Shown: positions 47,298 to 58,577, numbered from the stretch's first letter. The stretch: DNA of 64,000 nucleotides from Sphingomonadales bacterium (GCA_043747445.1 JAYTPB010000047.1:157-64156); one strand, 5' to 3'. The notes: a model not told the origin generated them from the letters alone. Numbers and translations: made by a program.

Positions 47298-48500
47298 ATG
47301 ACTCTAACAATAACCGAACAGGCACTCGTTGAGCGTGCCGCCGCAACGCCAATGCTCGTACAGGTTGAGCGCTGGGCCGCGATCAACACGGGCACGCGCA
47401 ATCTGGACGGATTAAAGGCTCTGGCAGGGCTGCTTGCCGATGAGTTTGCATCGCTTCCCGGCGCGCTATCGCTCGTCAGTGGTGATCCGGTTGAAAGCGT
47501 CGCCGCAAACGGCGTGATCAGCACAATCGCGCACGGCGATCATCTTCATCTCCGCGTTCGCCCCGACGCGCCGGTGCAAATGCTCTTCACTGGCCATATG
47601 GATACCGTATTCGCTGTTGACCATCCGTTTCAGAGCATGAAATGGCTTGAACCCGGAGTTTTGAACGGCCCAGGTGTGGCCGATATGAAGGGCGGGATTG
47701 CCGTCATGCTGGCCGCGCTCAAGGCGGTTGAGGCCAGCGGCACTGGCTTTGGCTATGAAGTGATCATCAACAGCGATGAAGAGGTTGGATCGCCCTCCTC
47801 CGCTGCGCTGATCGCACGCGCGGCCAAGGGCAAGCTTGCAGCCTTCACTTATGAACCTTCCGCACTCCCCGATGGTACGCTTGCCGGGGCACGCGCGGGC
47901 AGTGGCAATTTCTCGATCATCATCACAGGAAAGAGCGCTCATGCTGGTCGCAACCCCGATGACGGGCGCAACGCGGTTGTTGCGGCGGCAGACCTTGTCG
48001 TCCGATTAAAAGCGGCAAGCGGCGCTGGCTTTTCTTGCAATCCTGCGCGGATTGAGGGCGGCGCACCGAACAATGTCGTACCCGATCATGCAATCCTACG
48101 CGTTAATTTCCGTCCTAAAACACCTGCCGATGAGCGAGTAGCGCGCGCTCTGCTTGATACGCTTGCGAGTGAAATCGCGCGAAGTCATGACGTCAAAATC
48201 CATATCCACGGCAGCTTTGGCCGCCCGCCAAAACCGATGGACGAAAATGCCAAAAAGCTCTTCAACCTCGTAAAGCTATGCGGCGCAGACCTTGGCCAGA
48301 CCATCGGTTGGAAAGACAGTGGCGGCGTCTGCGATGGTAATAACATCGCTGCGTGCGGCGTTCCTGTGGTCGATACTATGGGCGTGCGTGGCGGATCAAT
48401 CCATTCTGCCGATGAATTTATGATCGCAGACTCGCTCGGCGAACGCGCCGCACTATCGGCACTTGCCATTTCCCGTATCATTGCCAAGGGGCATTTATGA
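47298..48500 (+). CDS. M20-family metallohydrolase (carboxypeptidase/desuccinylase-like)
   Basis: 400 aa. [14 protein letters not shown] and SDEEVGS metal-site motifs. Overlaps the astA start by 4 nt. Confidence 0.8.
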   Translation: MTLTITEQALVERAAATPMLVQVERWAAINTGTRNLDGLKALAGLLADEFASLPGALSLVSGDPVESVAANGVISTIAHGDHLHLRVRPDAPVQMLFTGHMDTVFAVDHPFQSMKWLEPGVLNGPGVADMKGGIAVMLAALKAVEASGTGFGYEVIINSDEEVGSPSSAALIARAAKGKLAAFTYEPSALPDGTLAGARAGSGNFSIIITGKSAHAGRNPDDGRNAVVAAADLVVRLKAASGAGFSCNPARIEGGAPNNVVPDHAILRVNFRPKTPADERVARALLDTLASEIARSHDVKIHIHGSFGRPPKPMDENAKKLFNLVKLCGADLGQTIGWKDSGGVCDGNNIAACGVPVVDTMGVRGGSIHSADEFMIADSLGERAALSALAISRIIAKGHL

Positions 48501-49528
48501 CTTTTTTGATCCGCGCGGCGCGCCCAGATGATGTGCAGGCCCTTTATGAAATGGCGAAACGGACGGGAGGCGGATTCACCAACTTGCCACCTGACAAAAA
48601 ATCACTTTCGGCCAAGCTTGAGCGCGCCGCCGCCGCTTTTGCTCGCACCGAAGACTGTGTTGCGGATGATCTCTATGTCTTCGTGCTGGAAAATACCGCA
48701 ACCGGCGAAGTACGCGGCACATGCCAGATTTTCGGTCAGGTCGGGCAGAAATGGCCCTTTTATTCCTATCGTCGCGGCACGCTCACGCAACATAGTGTGG
48801 AACTGAACCAAACATTTCGCGCTGAGATGTTGACGTTATCAACTGACCTTGAAAATTCAACTGAAGTCGGCGGGCTGTTCCTTCATCCCGGTGAACGCTC
48901 AGGCGGACTCGGGATGCTCATCGCGCGGAGCCGCTATTTGTTTATCCGTAACCACCGCGCGCGCTTTGGCGACAAGACTATCGCTGAACTACGCGGCGTA
49001 ATCGATGAAGCTGGCGGGTCCCCCTTCTGGGACGGTGTAGCGGGGCGCTTCTTCGGGATGAACTTTCAAGCCGCCGATGAATTCAATGCGGTTCATGGCA
49101 ATCAGTTTATTGCAGACCTGATGCCGAAGCATCCTGTTTACACCGCGATGCTCCCCGAAACGTCACGCGCCGTGATTGGCATTCCCCATCCTTCGGGCCG
49201 GGCCGCGATGCGGATGCTTGAGAATGAAGGCTTTGCTTGGGAAAATTACATTGATATTTTCGATGGTGGCCCAACCATGACGGTACGCACCGATCAAATC
49301 AGAAGCCTACGCGAGGCAAGCGACTCGGCGATTATAGCGATTGACGAAAGCCTTGGCGAGCATAAGGCTGGCGATAAGGTGCTCGCCACCAGCGGCAGGT
49401 TCGCTGAGTTCAAGGCTGCCTACGGCTGGATCGTTACGAAAGATGACGGCATCGCCATTGATCCCAATTGCGCCGACCGGCTCGGTGTTGGTGTTGGCGA
49501 CACCATTACGCATGTCGCACGGTGGTAA
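48497..49528 (+). CDS. astA: Arginine N-succinyltransferase
   Basis: 343 aa. The N-terminus IRAARPDDVQALYEMAKRTGGGFTNLP parallels AstA-family N-termini. Confidence 0.85.
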   Translation: MTFLIRAARPDDVQALYEMAKRTGGGFTNLPPDKKSLSAKLERAAAAFARTEDCVADDLYVFVLENTATGEVRGTCQIFGQVGQKWPFYSYRRGTLTQHSVELNQTFRAEMLTLSTDLENSTEVGGLFLHPGERSGGLGMLIARSRYLFIRNHRARFGDKTIAELRGVIDEAGGSPFWDGVAGRFFGMNFQAADEFNAVHGNQFIADLMPKHPVYTAMLPETSRAVIGIPHPSGRAAMRMLENEGFAWENYIDIFDGGPTMTVRTDQIRSLREASDSAIIAIDESLGEHKAGDKVLATSGRFAEFKAAYGWIVTKDDGIAIDPNCADRLGVGVGDTITHVARW

Positions 49529-49529
49529 T

Positions 49530-50771
49530 ATGCTGATCGAAATCAACTTTGACGGTCTAATCGGGCCAAGCCATAATTATGCTGGGCTGAGCCTTGGCAA
49601 TTTGGCATCGGCGAAGAATGCGGGCGGCACCTCTTATCCTCGCGCTGCTGCACTTCAGGGGATTGCCAAGATGCGCGCGAATGTCGCGCTTGGCCTCACG
49701 CAGGGCGTGTTTATGCCTCAGGCGCGGCCCAATCGCGAGTGGCTTGAGCGCCTGGCAACGGCACCAGAGGCAGCCGATGCAGCGATGCTCGCCTGTGCGC
49801 TATCGGCCTCATCAATGTGGGCGGCAAATGCGGCAACGGTTACACCAGCACCCGACTCGACCAATGGCAAATGCCATCTGCTTGTTGCCAACCTGATGAC
49901 GATGCCGCACCGCAGCCATGAATGGCACGGCACGTTACGCCAGTTGCATCTTGCCTTTGCGAATGATGCGTTTTGGGTTCATTCGCCAGCACCCGCGCCC
50001 TTTGGCGATGAAGGCGCGGCAAACCATATGCGGCTCTGCGCGCATCATGGCGCAGAAGGCGTTGAGGTATTTGTTTACGGCGTTGCTGGTGGCCCCTTCC
50101 CCGCGCGCCAGCATCTTGAGGCGTCGAAATTTGTTGCCCGGCGCAACCAAGTCAAAAATGCGCTCTTCGTTCAGCAATCCGATGAGGCGATTGCGGCGGG
50201 TGCCTTTCACAATGATGTCGTTGCGGTTGCCAATGAGCACGTGCTATTCGCGCATGAGCAGGCCTTTGCGAATAAGGACGACTTTTATGCCGCCCTCCGC
50301 GCACAATTGCCAGAGGTCGAGATTATCGAGGTGCCTGCTGCATCAGTGAGCCTCGCTGATGCGATCAGCAGTTACTTGTTTAACGCACAGCTTGTGACGC
50401 TGCCTGACGGCGGCATGGCGCTGATCCTACCAACCGAATGCCAAGACAATAGCCGGGTGTGGAATTGGCTACAGACAATGGTGGCGGGCAATGGCCCGAT
50501 CCGGCGGCTCGTTCCCGTCGATGTGCGCCAGTCAATGGCCAACGGCGGCGGCCCCGCTTGCCTTCGCTTGCGCGTTGTGTGTGATCCAGCAACGGTTGAT
50601 CCGCGCTTTCTGGTTGATGGTGCCAAGCTTGACCAAATCGCAAAAGTGGTTGAGGCGTATTGGCCCGAAAGCATACAACCGGGCGAACTTTCAAACCCCG
50701 AGCTTTGGTCAAAAATTGAGGCAGCGCGGGCGGCGCTGCTTGCCGCGCTTGATTTCAACGAGCTGACCTAA
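49530..50771 (+). CDS. astB: N-succinylarginine dihydrolase
   Basis: Start moved to MLIEINFDGLIGPSHNYAGLS (49530), 1 nt after the astA stop. The C-terminal GGGPACLRLRV carries the catalytic Cys motif. Confidence 0.88.
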   Translation: MLIEINFDGLIGPSHNYAGLSLGNLASAKNAGGTSYPRAAALQGIAKMRANVALGLTQGVFMPQARPNREWLERLATAPEAADAAMLACALSASSMWAANAATVTPAPDSTNGKCHLLVANLMTMPHRSHEWHGTLRQLHLAFANDAFWVHSPAPAPFGDEGAANHMRLCAHHGAEGVEVFVYGVAGGPFPARQHLEASKFVARRNQVKNALFVQQSDEAIAAGAFHNDVVAVANEHVLFAHEQAFANKDDFYAALRAQLPEVEIIEVPAASVSLADAISSYLFNAQLVTLPDGGMALILPTECQDNSRVWNWLQTMVAGNGPIRRLVPVDVRQSMANGGGPACLRLRVVCDPATVDPRFLVDGAKLDQIAKVVEAYWPESIQPGELSNPELWSKIEAARAALLAALDFNELT

Positions 50772-50859
50772 GTGTCGGATTAACTTACATTTAACCATAT
50801 TCGACACCCTAAAAAGCACGAGTTTACGCGGTTGGCCTAAACCTTGCTGTTGTTAACTT

Positions 50860-51072
50860 ATGAGTAATAAAATCAAACGGCTGTTCATTATCAAAACGCG
50901 CTGGGAAGCCTACGCAATCATCTACGCGCTTGCGCTCGGCGGGGTGCAGCGGGGTTTTCTTTACGTTGATCAATATCCCGGTTTTGGTGGCAAGCTGCTC
51001 TTCCTCGCAACAACCGGTGCGGTTTTCATGGCGGGCGCAAAAATCCTCGACGCGGTGCGCGCTCAAATCTGA
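50860..51072 (+). CDS. Hypothetical small two-TM protein
   Basis: 70 aa with two hydrophobic segments. The 3' end overlaps the convergent CoA-transferase stop by 10 nt. No family recognised. Confidence 0.35.
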   Translation: MSNKIKRLFIIKTRWEAYAIIYALALGGVQRGFLYVDQYPGFGGKLLFLATTGAVFMAGAKILDAVRAQI

Positions 51073-52259
51073 CCGGCGGCGCGCGCGATCATCGCGGCAT
51101 CATAACCAAGCAGCCCGCCCAGAATCTCGCTGCTATGTTCACCAAGCAGCGGCGGGGCTTTTGGCGCAACCACCGGCGTTCTGCTGAGTTTAAGCGGTGA
51201 TCCAATCAAAGGCACCGTACCAGCCAACGGATGCGACACGCTTTGCACCATGCCGCGCGCGAGCGTTTCAGCAGCACCGAGCGCGGCCTTCATTGGGCGC
51301 ACTTCACCGCATGGCACTTTGACCTTGTGCAGCGATTCTAGCCACCAATGCGTCGGTTTTTGCGCAACCAGAGGCTCAAGTATGGCATCGAGCGCCTCTC
51401 GGTTTTTTACACGCGCGCTGTTCGTTGCAAACCGCGCGTCATCGGCCAAATCTCGACGATCAAGAAGATCGCGACAGAAAATGCCAAACTGATGATCGTT
51501 GCCCACAGCAATAACGAACCGCCCGTCAGCACTTTCAAACGTGCGATAGGGCACGACCGAAGGGTGGCTGTTACCAAATCGCTTCGGCTCTTCATCCGAA
51601 ACGAGGCAGCTTGAACCAACGTTGGCGAGCATCGCCAACTGGCTGTCAAACAGCGCCATATCGATATGCTGGCCAAGCCCGTCACGATCTTTGGCAATCA
51701 GTGCAGCCAGAATCGCTTGGGCCGCAAACATACCCGTAAAGAGGTCTGCAACTGCCACGCCAACGCGTACCGGCGGACGATCCACATCGCCGTTAATCGC
51801 CATCAGCCCGCCTTCGGCTTGGATCACATAATCATAGCCGGGTTCGGCAGCACGCGGTGATTGGCGACCATATCCAGAAATTGAGCAATAAATTAACCCC
51901 GGAAACTGATCCGAAAGTGACGGATAATCGAGACCGTATTTATCAAGCCCGCCAAGCTTGTAATTCTCAACCAGCACATCGCTGGTCGCGGCGAGCGCCT
52001 TCACTGCGGACTGCCCCTCGGAACAGGAGAGATCAATCATAACCGATTTCTTGTTGCGATTGGCGCAGAGATAATAGGCGGACTCGCCTGCTGCATAGGG
52101 TGGCCCCCAGCCGCGTGTATCATCGCCGCCTTTGGGGTTTTCGACCTTAATCACCTCAGCACCGAGATCACCAAGGATCATTGTACACCATGGCCCGGCA
52201 AGTACGCGCGACAGATCAAGAATACGTTTGCCTGCAAGCGGCGCAGCGCGTGTGGTCAT
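51063..52259 (-). CDS. CaiB/BaiF family III CoA-transferase
   Basis: 398 aa. ILDLSRVLAGPWCTMILGDLGAEVIKVE at the N-terminus and a conserved Asp region. Confidence 0.88.
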   Translation of the reverse strand: MTTRAAPLAGKRILDLSRVLAGPWCTMILGDLGAEVIKVENPKGGDDTRGWGPPYAAGESAYYLCANRNKKSVMIDLSCSEGQSAVKALAATSDVLVENYKLGGLDKYGLDYPSLSDQFPGLIYCSISGYGRQSPRAAEPGYDYVIQAEGGLMAINGDVDRPPVRVGVAVADLFTGMFAAQAILAALIAKDRDGLGQHIDMALFDSQLAMLANVGSSCLVSDEEPKRFGNSHPSVVPYRTFESADGRFVIAVGNDHQFGIFCRDLLDRRDLADDARFATNSARVKNREALDAILEPLVAQKPTHWWLESLHKVKVPCGEVRPMKAALGAAETLARGMVQSVSHPLAGTVPLIGSPLKLSRTPVVAPKAPPLLGEHSSEILGGLLGYDAAMIARAAGQI

Positions 52260-53131
52260 GCGTCGAGCGTCTTTATGATCGCTGAGAAATCAAGCCCGCC
52301 CTGCCCTGCGTCGGCAAAGGCCTGATACAGCGCAGCCGCGCGTTCGCCCATAGGCACTGTGGCATCCACTGAATGCGCCGCCTCCATCGCCAGCTTTAAA
52401 TCCTTGAGCATTAGGGCTGTTGCGAAACCGCCTTGATAATCATTATCTGCAGGCGTCTTCGGGCCGACACCGGGCACAGGGCAATAGCTCGTCATTGACC
52501 AATTCTGGCCTGAGGCTTTGGATGAAATATCATAGAAAGTCTGCAAATCTAAACCAAGCTTCTTGGCCATCGCAAAGGTTTCGCAGGTCGCGATCATGCT
52601 TGCACCGAGGAGCATGTTGTTGCAGATTTTGGCCGCCTGCCCTGCCCCTGCGTCGCCTGCGTGGATCACTGCTTTACCCATCGCCGAAAGAATCGGTTCT
52701 GCTCGCGCAAAGGATTGCGGAGTGCCGCCGACCATGAAGGTCAGCGTGCCACCATTGGCCGCTGCGATCCCACCTGATACAGGCGCATCGACCATTTCAT
52801 AGCCTGCAACCGCAGCCTGATCACAGACATTCCGCGCGGTAGAGACATCGATGGTCGAACAATCAAGCAGCAATGCCGTGCTTGGTGCATGATCGATAAC
52901 TTCGCTCGAATATACGCTTTCAACAATCTTGCCATTGGGCAGCATTGAGACAACCGCATCAACGCCCGCGACTGCATCCCGCACTGAAGTGAAGGTTTCA
53001 CAACCATTGCCCTTGGCAATCGCAAGCGCCACCTCGGACAAATCAAACGCGTTGACGCTGTGCCCCGCCTTCACAAGGTTTGCGGCCATGCCGCCGCCCA
53101 TATTGCCGAGACCGATAAAGGCTATTTTCAT
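52256..53131 (-). CDS. mmsB: 3-hydroxyisobutyrate dehydrogenase
   Basis: 291 aa. [16 protein letters not shown] Rossmann motif and the catalytic-Lys region. Confidence 0.9.
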   Translation of the reverse strand: MKIAFIGLGNMGGGMAANLVKAGHSVNAFDLSEVALAIAKGNGCETFTSVRDAVAGVDAVVSMLPNGKIVESVYSSEVIDHAPSTALLLDCSTIDVSTARNVCDQAAVAGYEMVDAPVSGGIAAANGGTLTFMVGGTPQSFARAEPILSAMGKAVIHAGDAGAGQAAKICNNMLLGASMIATCETFAMAKKLGLDLQTFYDISSKASGQNWSMTSYCPVPGVGPKTPADNDYQGGFATALMLKDLKLAMEAAHSVDATVPMGERAAALYQAFADAGQGGLDFSAIIKTLDA

Positions 53132-53913
53132 TGGCCGCTCCAGTTGCCGGGGCGTTTCTCAACAAACGCCGCCATGCCTTCTTTTTGATCCTGTGACCCG
53201 AACAGCCCGTGGAACAGGCGCCGCTCAAAATTCACGCCCTGCGCCAGCGTTGTTTCAAACGCGGCATTGACCATTTCCTTGGTTGCGAGCGCCGCAAGCG
53301 GTGCCATGCCAGCAATCACGGTTGCAGACTTCAGCGCCTCCTCAACCAGTTCAGCCGCCGGCACTACCTTGGCAACTAGCCCGGAGGCTTCAGCCTCAAC
53401 CGCACCCATCATCCGCCCCGTCAGGCACATTTCCATCGCCTTGGCCTTGCCAATCGCGCGGGTGAGGCGCTGTGATCCGCCCATGCCGGGGGTGACAGCA
53501 AGCTTGATTTCGGGCTGACCGAACTTGGCGCCGTCGCCTGCGATAATAAAGTCAGCCATCATCGCCAGCTCACACCCGCCACCAAGCGCAAAGCCGTTAA
53601 CAGCAGCGATCCACGGTTTGCGCGTCGCAGTGACCTTTTCATAATCATAGAAGAAATTGCCGCCATACATATCGGCAAAGCTCTGGCTCTGCATTTCTTT
53701 GATATCGGCGCCAGCCGCAAAGGCTTTTTCCGAACCAGTGAGGACGGCGCAGCGTTGGCTATCGTCCTTGTCAAACGCGCCAAAGGCAGTCACCAAATCA
53801 GTGAGCACCTGACTGTTCAGCGCATTCAACGCTTGCGGGCGGTTGAGCGTAATCAGCGTCACCGCGCCCTTTTGCTCAACGAGGATGGTTTCGTAGGTCA
53901 TAGCGGTTTCCAT
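53128..53913 (-). CDS. Enoyl-CoA hydratase (crotonase family)
   Basis: 261 aa. Oxyanion motifs FAAGADI and GGGCELAMM. Confidence 0.9.
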   Translation of the reverse strand: METAMTYETILVEQKGAVTLITLNRPQALNALNSQVLTDLVTAFGAFDKDDSQRCAVLTGSEKAFAAGADIKEMQSQSFADMYGGNFFYDYEKVTATRKPWIAAVNGFALGGGCELAMMADFIIAGDGAKFGQPEIKLAVTPGMGGSQRLTRAIGKAKAMEMCLTGRMMGAVEAEASGLVAKVVPAAELVEEALKSATVIAGMAPLAALATKEMVNAAFETTLAQGVNFERRLFHGLFGSQDQKEGMAAFVEKRPGNWSGQ

Positions 53914-54941
53914 TCTTGATCGGCAGGCAGCGGCGCAAAAATTTCATCAAGCAGCGCATCAGTTACGCCCTCTGGTGTCGCTGGATTCCAGCGCGGCGCA
54001 TTATCCTTATCGATGATTACCGCGCGGACGCCCTCGATAAAATCATGACGCGTTAGGACGCGCGCAGCGATCCGATATTCCATGCGCATATTGTCAGCAA
54101 AATCAACGAAACGCGCGCCGTGGGAGAGTTGGCGCAAGCTCACCTTGCACGTTTGCGGCGATTTCGTTCGTAGGCCTGCAAGCTCCTTGATCGCCCATTC
54201 GCCGCCATCGTTTTCAAGTGCTGCCAGTATCTCCTCATAAATATCAGAGGCGAACAGGCGCTCAATCTGCGGGCGGCTCTCCACGATTTTGGCGAGCGGA
54301 GCGCCAACGCTCGCGTTTTTAAGGATCGCTTCCGCATTTTCGGGATTGGCCGCAATCGCCGCTTTAACGCCCTCCAGCGAAGCGCTTGGGAGATAATGCG
54401 TCGCCAGCCCGACCGCGAGGCAATCGGCCCCATCAATCCGCGCACCCGTCAGCGCAAGATACTGGCCAACCCGTCCCGGCAAGCGTGAAAGATACCAGCC
54501 GCCACCAACATCGGGAAACAGACCAATCCCCGTTTCCGGCATCGCGAAACGCGTGTTCTCAGTCGCGATCCGGTACTTGGCTGGCTGCGAAATGCCGACG
54601 CCGCCGCCCATCGTGATCCCGTCCATAAACGCGATCACTGGCTTTGGATAAGTGAACAGTAAGTGATTGAGCTGATATTCATCACGGAAGAATTTGCGGC
54701 CAGCCTCGCCACCAACCAGTGCCGATTCCTGCAAGAAACGAATATCTCCGCCCGCACAAAAACCGCGTCCATCAGCATGGTCAATGATGATGCACTGCAC
54801 CGCGCCGTGATCTGCCCAAGCCTTCAACTGCGCGGCCATCGCATGAACCATGTCAAGCGTCAGCGCGTGCAGTGCCGCTGGGCGGTTCAGGCTGATGACG
54901 CCAGCCCCACCATCGATCCGGGCGATAATGTCTGTGGTCAC
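53898..54941 (-). CDS. 3-hydroxyisobutyryl-CoA hydrolase (crotonase superfamily)
   Basis: 347 aa. FCAGGDI and [11 protein letters not shown], plus the C-terminal extension typical of HIBCH enzymes. Assignment is supported by operon context. Confidence 0.82.
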   Translation of the reverse strand: MTTDIIARIDGGAGVISLNRPAALHALTLDMVHAMAAQLKAWADHGAVQCIIIDHADGRGFCAGGDIRFLQESALVGGEAGRKFFRDEYQLNHLLFTYPKPVIAFMDGITMGGGVGISQPAKYRIATENTRFAMPETGIGLFPDVGGGWYLSRLPGRVGQYLALTGARIDGADCLAVGLATHYLPSASLEGVKAAIAANPENAEAILKNASVGAPLAKIVESRPQIERLFASDIYEEILAALENDGGEWAIKELAGLRTKSPQTCKVSLRQLSHGARFVDFADNMRMEYRIAARVLTRHDFIEGVRAVIIDKDNAPRWNPATPEGVTDALLDEIFAPLPADQEWKPL

Positions 54942-56083
54942 TGGCGTAACAAATCCCGTCCTACGATCATCCGCATCACTTGATTAGTGCCCTCAAGGAT
55001 CGAATGGACGCGCAAGTCGCGCCAGAAACGCTCGATCGGATAGTCCTTCAGATAGCCATAACCGCCGTGAAGTTGAAGCGCGTCATTGACGATTTTCGAC
55101 CCGTTATCAGTCGCCAGCCGCTTCGCCATTGCCGAGAAGCGCGACTTGTCAGGCGCACCCGCATTGACCTTTGCCGCCGCGAGATAGAGCAATGCCCGCG
55201 CCGCCTCCAAATCAGTCGCCATATCGGCGAGCATGAACTGCGTGTTTTGAAACTCAGCAATAGGCTGACCAAATTGCTGGCGTTCCTTGGTATATTTAAT
55301 CGATTCATCAAGGCAACGCTGCGCCCCGCCAAGCGAGCACGCGCCAATATTGAGCCGCCCGCCATCAAGCCCCATCATCGCAAAGCGGAAGCCGTCACCC
55401 TCTGCGCCAACGCGGTTTTCAACCGGAACTTTCACATTGTCGAAAATCACTTGCGCGGTGGGAGAGGCATTCCAGCCAAGCTTACGTTCGGGCGCGCCGA
55501 AGCTGACGCCCTCCATCGTCTTTTCGATCACAAGGCAGCTAATGCCCTTTGGCCCGTCAACGCCAGTGCGCACCATTGTCACATAGACATCATTGACCCC
55601 GCCGCCAGAAATAAACTGCTTGGTGCCGTTGACGACATAATGGTCGCCCATAAGTTTCGCTGTCGTCTTGAGCGCCGCCGCATCCGAACCACTGCCTGGC
55701 TCAGTCAGGCAATAGCCCGCCATTTTATCCATATTATTGAGCTGCGGCAGATAGCGGCCCTTGAGTTCCGCCGAGCCGAAACAGTCGATCATCCACGCCG
55801 CCATATTGTGGATCGAGATGAACGCCGATGTCGCGGGACAGCCATAAGCCATCGCCTCCATAATCAGCGCCGCCTCAAGCCGCCCAAGGCCGATCCCGCC
55901 CGATTCCTCAGACACATAGATTGAAGCAAAGCCAAGCTCAGCGGCTTGTTTGATGGTATCGCGAGGAAAATGATGCTTCTCATCCCACTCCGCCGCGTGC
56001 GGGGTGATCGCGTCGGCAGTAAATTTGCGCGCCATATCCTGGATTGCATATTGGTCTTCGGTTAGATCGAATTGGTTTGTCAT
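54938..56083 (-). CDS. Acyl-CoA dehydrogenase (isobutyryl-CoA dehydrogenase-like)
   Basis: Start at MTNQFDLTEDQ (56083), in an ATGA overlap with the RidA stop. Contains the ACAD motifs CLTEPGSGSD and QLHGGYGY. Confidence 0.9.
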   Translation of the reverse strand: MTNQFDLTEDQYAIQDMARKFTADAITPHAAEWDEKHHFPRDTIKQAAELGFASIYVSEESGGIGLGRLEAALIMEAMAYGCPATSAFISIHNMAAWMIDCFGSAELKGRYLPQLNNMDKMAGYCLTEPGSGSDAAALKTTAKLMGDHYVVNGTKQFISGGGVNDVYVTMVRTGVDGPKGISCLVIEKTMEGVSFGAPERKLGWNASPTAQVIFDNVKVPVENRVGAEGDGFRFAMMGLDGGRLNIGACSLGGAQRCLDESIKYTKERQQFGQPIAEFQNTQFMLADMATDLEAARALLYLAAAKVNAGAPDKSRFSAMAKRLATDNGSKIVNDALQLHGGYGYLKDYPIERFWRDLRVHSILEGTNQVMRMIVGRDLLRQ

Positions 56084-56460
56084 AAGCTGTTCGTTTCTGC
56101 TTCGATTTCGACCTTCCATTCGGGCCGGATGAAACCCGATACCAGAAGTGTCGTTGTTGCGGGGCGAGCGACGCCAAACCATTTGCCGTGGACAGCGGCG
56201 ACGCTTTCAAAATCGGCACGGTCGGTCAGATAAATGCAGGTGCGCACCGTATCGGCAATGTTCCCGTCAAGATCGGCAATTGCCTTGGCAATGATTGCAC
56301 AACAACGCTCCATTTGCGCAGCGGCATCGCCAGGTGTCGTCGAACCATCAGGCTCGATCGCCGCCGTGCCCGCAACAACAATCTGGTTGCCCGTCCGGAT
56401 GGCACGGCAGAAACCGATCACCGGCTCCATGGGGGAACAGCTGCTGACGCGCTGTTTCAT
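56080..56460 (-). CDS. RidA/YjgF-family protein
   Basis: Start at MKQRVSS (56460). About 126 aa with a YjgF-like core (AAQMERCCAIIAKAI...TCIYLTD). Confidence 0.7.
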   Translation of the reverse strand: MKQRVSSCSPMEPVIGFCRAIRTGNQIVVAGTAAIEPDGSTTPGDAAAQMERCCAIIAKAIADLDGNIADTVRTCIYLTDRADFESVAAVHGKWFGVARPATTTLLVSGFIRPEWKVEIEAETNSL

Positions 56461-56464
56461 CTCA

Positions 56465-57973
56465 TCACCCCATCGTCGGGATAACAAATGCATTGGCACC
56501 GTCACCTACCCCACCATCAGGCCAGCGCTGCGTAATAGTTTTGGTCTTTGTCCAGAAACGGACGCCCTCCATGCCGTGCTGATTGGTGTCGCCAAACGCC
56601 GAACGTTTCCAGCCGCCGAACGAGTGGTAGGCCACAGGCACAGGAATTGGCACGTTGATGCCGACCATGCCGACATTCACCCGCGCAGCAAATTCACGTG
56701 CGGCGTGGCCATTGCGCGTGAAGATCGCAACGCCGTTGCCATATTGGTGCTGGCTCGCGAGGCTAAGCGCTTGTTCAAAATCTGCCGCACGGACGATCTG
56801 TAGAACGGGCCCGAAAATCTCTTCCTTGTAACTTTCCATCGACGTTTTGACATGATCAAACAGCGTGGGGCCGATGAAGAAGCCTTCCTCATGCCCCTGA
56901 AGCTTAAACCCGCGCCCATCGACGACAAGTTCTGCGCCTTCATCAACGCCCTTTTGAATCCAGCCCTCAACCTTTGCTTTGTGCGCCGCCGTGACAACCG
57001 GGCCGTAATGCGCATCAACATCGGTCGAGATACCAACGCGGAGCGCCGCCATCGCTGGGATCATTTTTTCGCGCAGCGCAATTGCGGTCTTCTCGCCAAC
57101 CGGCACCACGACTGGCAATGCCATGCAGCGTTCACCCGCCGAACCAAACGCCGCGCCCGAAAGATCATTCACCACCTGATCAAGATCAGCATCGGGCATT
57201 ACAATCCCGTGATTCTTTGCCCCGCCCATCGCCTGCACGCGTTTGCCCGCAGCAACGCCGCGTTGATAAACATAGTGCGCGATGTCGGATGAACCCACAA
57301 AGCTCACCGCTGCAATCGCTGGATGATCAAGGATCGCGTCAACCATTTCCTTGTCACCGTGGACGACCTGACAAATGCCCTCTGGCAGGCCCGCTTCAAT
57401 GAAGAGTTCGGCCAAACGCACCGGCACTGACGGATCGCGTTCGCTTGGTTTAATGATGAACGCGTTGCCCGTCGCAATCGCAACGCCTGACATCCAAAGC
57501 GGAATCATCGCGGGGAAGTTAAACGGCGTAATGCCTGCACCAATGCCAAGCGGCTGACGCATTGAGTAAACATCAATGCCCGGCCCCGCACCTTGGGTAT
57601 ATTCGCCTTTCAACACATGCGGGATGCCGCAACAAAATTCTATCACTTCAAGTCCGCGCTGAATATCGCCCTTCGAGTCGGCGATCACTTTGCCGTGCTC
57701 GGAGGAAAGCATGTGCGCGAGCGCGTCCATATTGGACTCAACCAGCGCTTTGAAATTGAACATCACGCGCGCCCGCCGCTGCGGATTGGTCGCCGCCCAC
57801 GCCGGTTGCGCTTTCAAAGCGGCCTGCACCGCGCGTTCGAGCACTGCGGCATCGCCGAGTGCGACTTGGGCTTGGACGCCGCCATTGTTGGGATCAAACA
57901 CATCACCAACGCGCGCACTGCCATCACCGGCGCCGCCTGAGATAAAATGATCGATTTGCCGCATCGCCGCCAT
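56465..57973 (-). CDS. mmsA: Methylmalonate-semialdehyde dehydrogenase (CoA-acylating)
   Basis: Start at MAAMRQIDHFISGG (57973). ALDH motifs FGSAGERCMA (catalytic Cys) and EEIFGPV. Confidence 0.92.
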   Translation of the reverse strand: MAAMRQIDHFISGGAGDGSARVGDVFDPNNGGVQAQVALGDAAVLERAVQAALKAQPAWAATNPQRRARVMFNFKALVESNMDALAHMLSSEHGKVIADSKGDIQRGLEVIEFCCGIPHVLKGEYTQGAGPGIDVYSMRQPLGIGAGITPFNFPAMIPLWMSGVAIATGNAFIIKPSERDPSVPVRLAELFIEAGLPEGICQVVHGDKEMVDAILDHPAIAAVSFVGSSDIAHYVYQRGVAAGKRVQAMGGAKNHGIVMPDADLDQVVNDLSGAAFGSAGERCMALPVVVPVGEKTAIALREKMIPAMAALRVGISTDVDAHYGPVVTAAHKAKVEGWIQKGVDEGAELVVDGRGFKLQGHEEGFFIGPTLFDHVKTSMESYKEEIFGPVLQIVRAADFEQALSLASQHQYGNGVAIFTRNGHAAREFAARVNVGMVGINVPIPVPVAYHSFGGWKRSAFGDTNQHGMEGVRFWTKTKTITQRWPDGGVGDGANAFVIPTMG

Positions 57974-58121
57974 AACTGCTCCAATGATATGAGTTTGGGC
58001 AACCTTAGAAGGCTTAGCCCGCGCGCGCAAATCACATAACAGGGAACTTTTTTCAATTGCAGGAGTTACACTTTGTGTTCTTATTCCACATTGGATAATT
58101 TATACGTTCGATCAGTCCAAA

Positions 58122-58577
58122 ATGGATTTTTCAAAGCTGGCATCTAAGGGCGAGTTGATTCAAAGTAAGAGTATGTCGCCTTTATACAATTTTCACCCTG
58201 ATTTTCCGACAAAAAATGTGAAAGCGTTTTGTATCCGTGCATCTTATCAAATAGCCGATAAAAGTATCGAACATCTGGTAATTGGTTATTTTGACGATCA
58301 GCACCGCTTAATCCAAGTTGGTGAAGCCTGTTCAGATGGTATTGATACACTTTCAGTGCCTATCCGGAAAATTACGCATAATGCGCTCAACCTGAACGCA
58401 CATAGTATTATTTTAGTGCACAATCATCCAAGCGGTGACCCTAAACCGAGCCGTAACGACATTAAACAGACACGCGATATGGCGCGTATACTCAGTCCAC
58501 TTGGTGTTTCCATTGACGATCATGTAATTGTCGCAGGCGATCAACAATATAGCTTTCGTGAGGCAGGGCTTCTCTAA
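58122..58577 (+). CDS. RadC-like JAB/MPN domain protein (domain-only, orphan)
   Basis: 151 aa. JAMM motif HNHPSGDPKPSRNDIKQT. It lacks the N-terminal HhH part of full-length RadC. One 60-nt sample of this islet counted 42% GC by hand. Confidence 0.8.
   Translation: MDFSKLASKGELIQSKSMSPLYNFHPDFPTKNVKAFCIRASYQIADKSIEHLVIGYFDDQHRLIQVGEACSDGIDTLSVPIRKITHNALNLNAHSIILVHNHPSGDPKPSRNDIKQTRDMARILSPLGVSIDDHVIVAGDQQYSFREAGLL

Noticed and set aside
54980-55924. 314-aa + ORF
   Set aside because: It is antisense to the acyl-CoA dehydrogenase gene.
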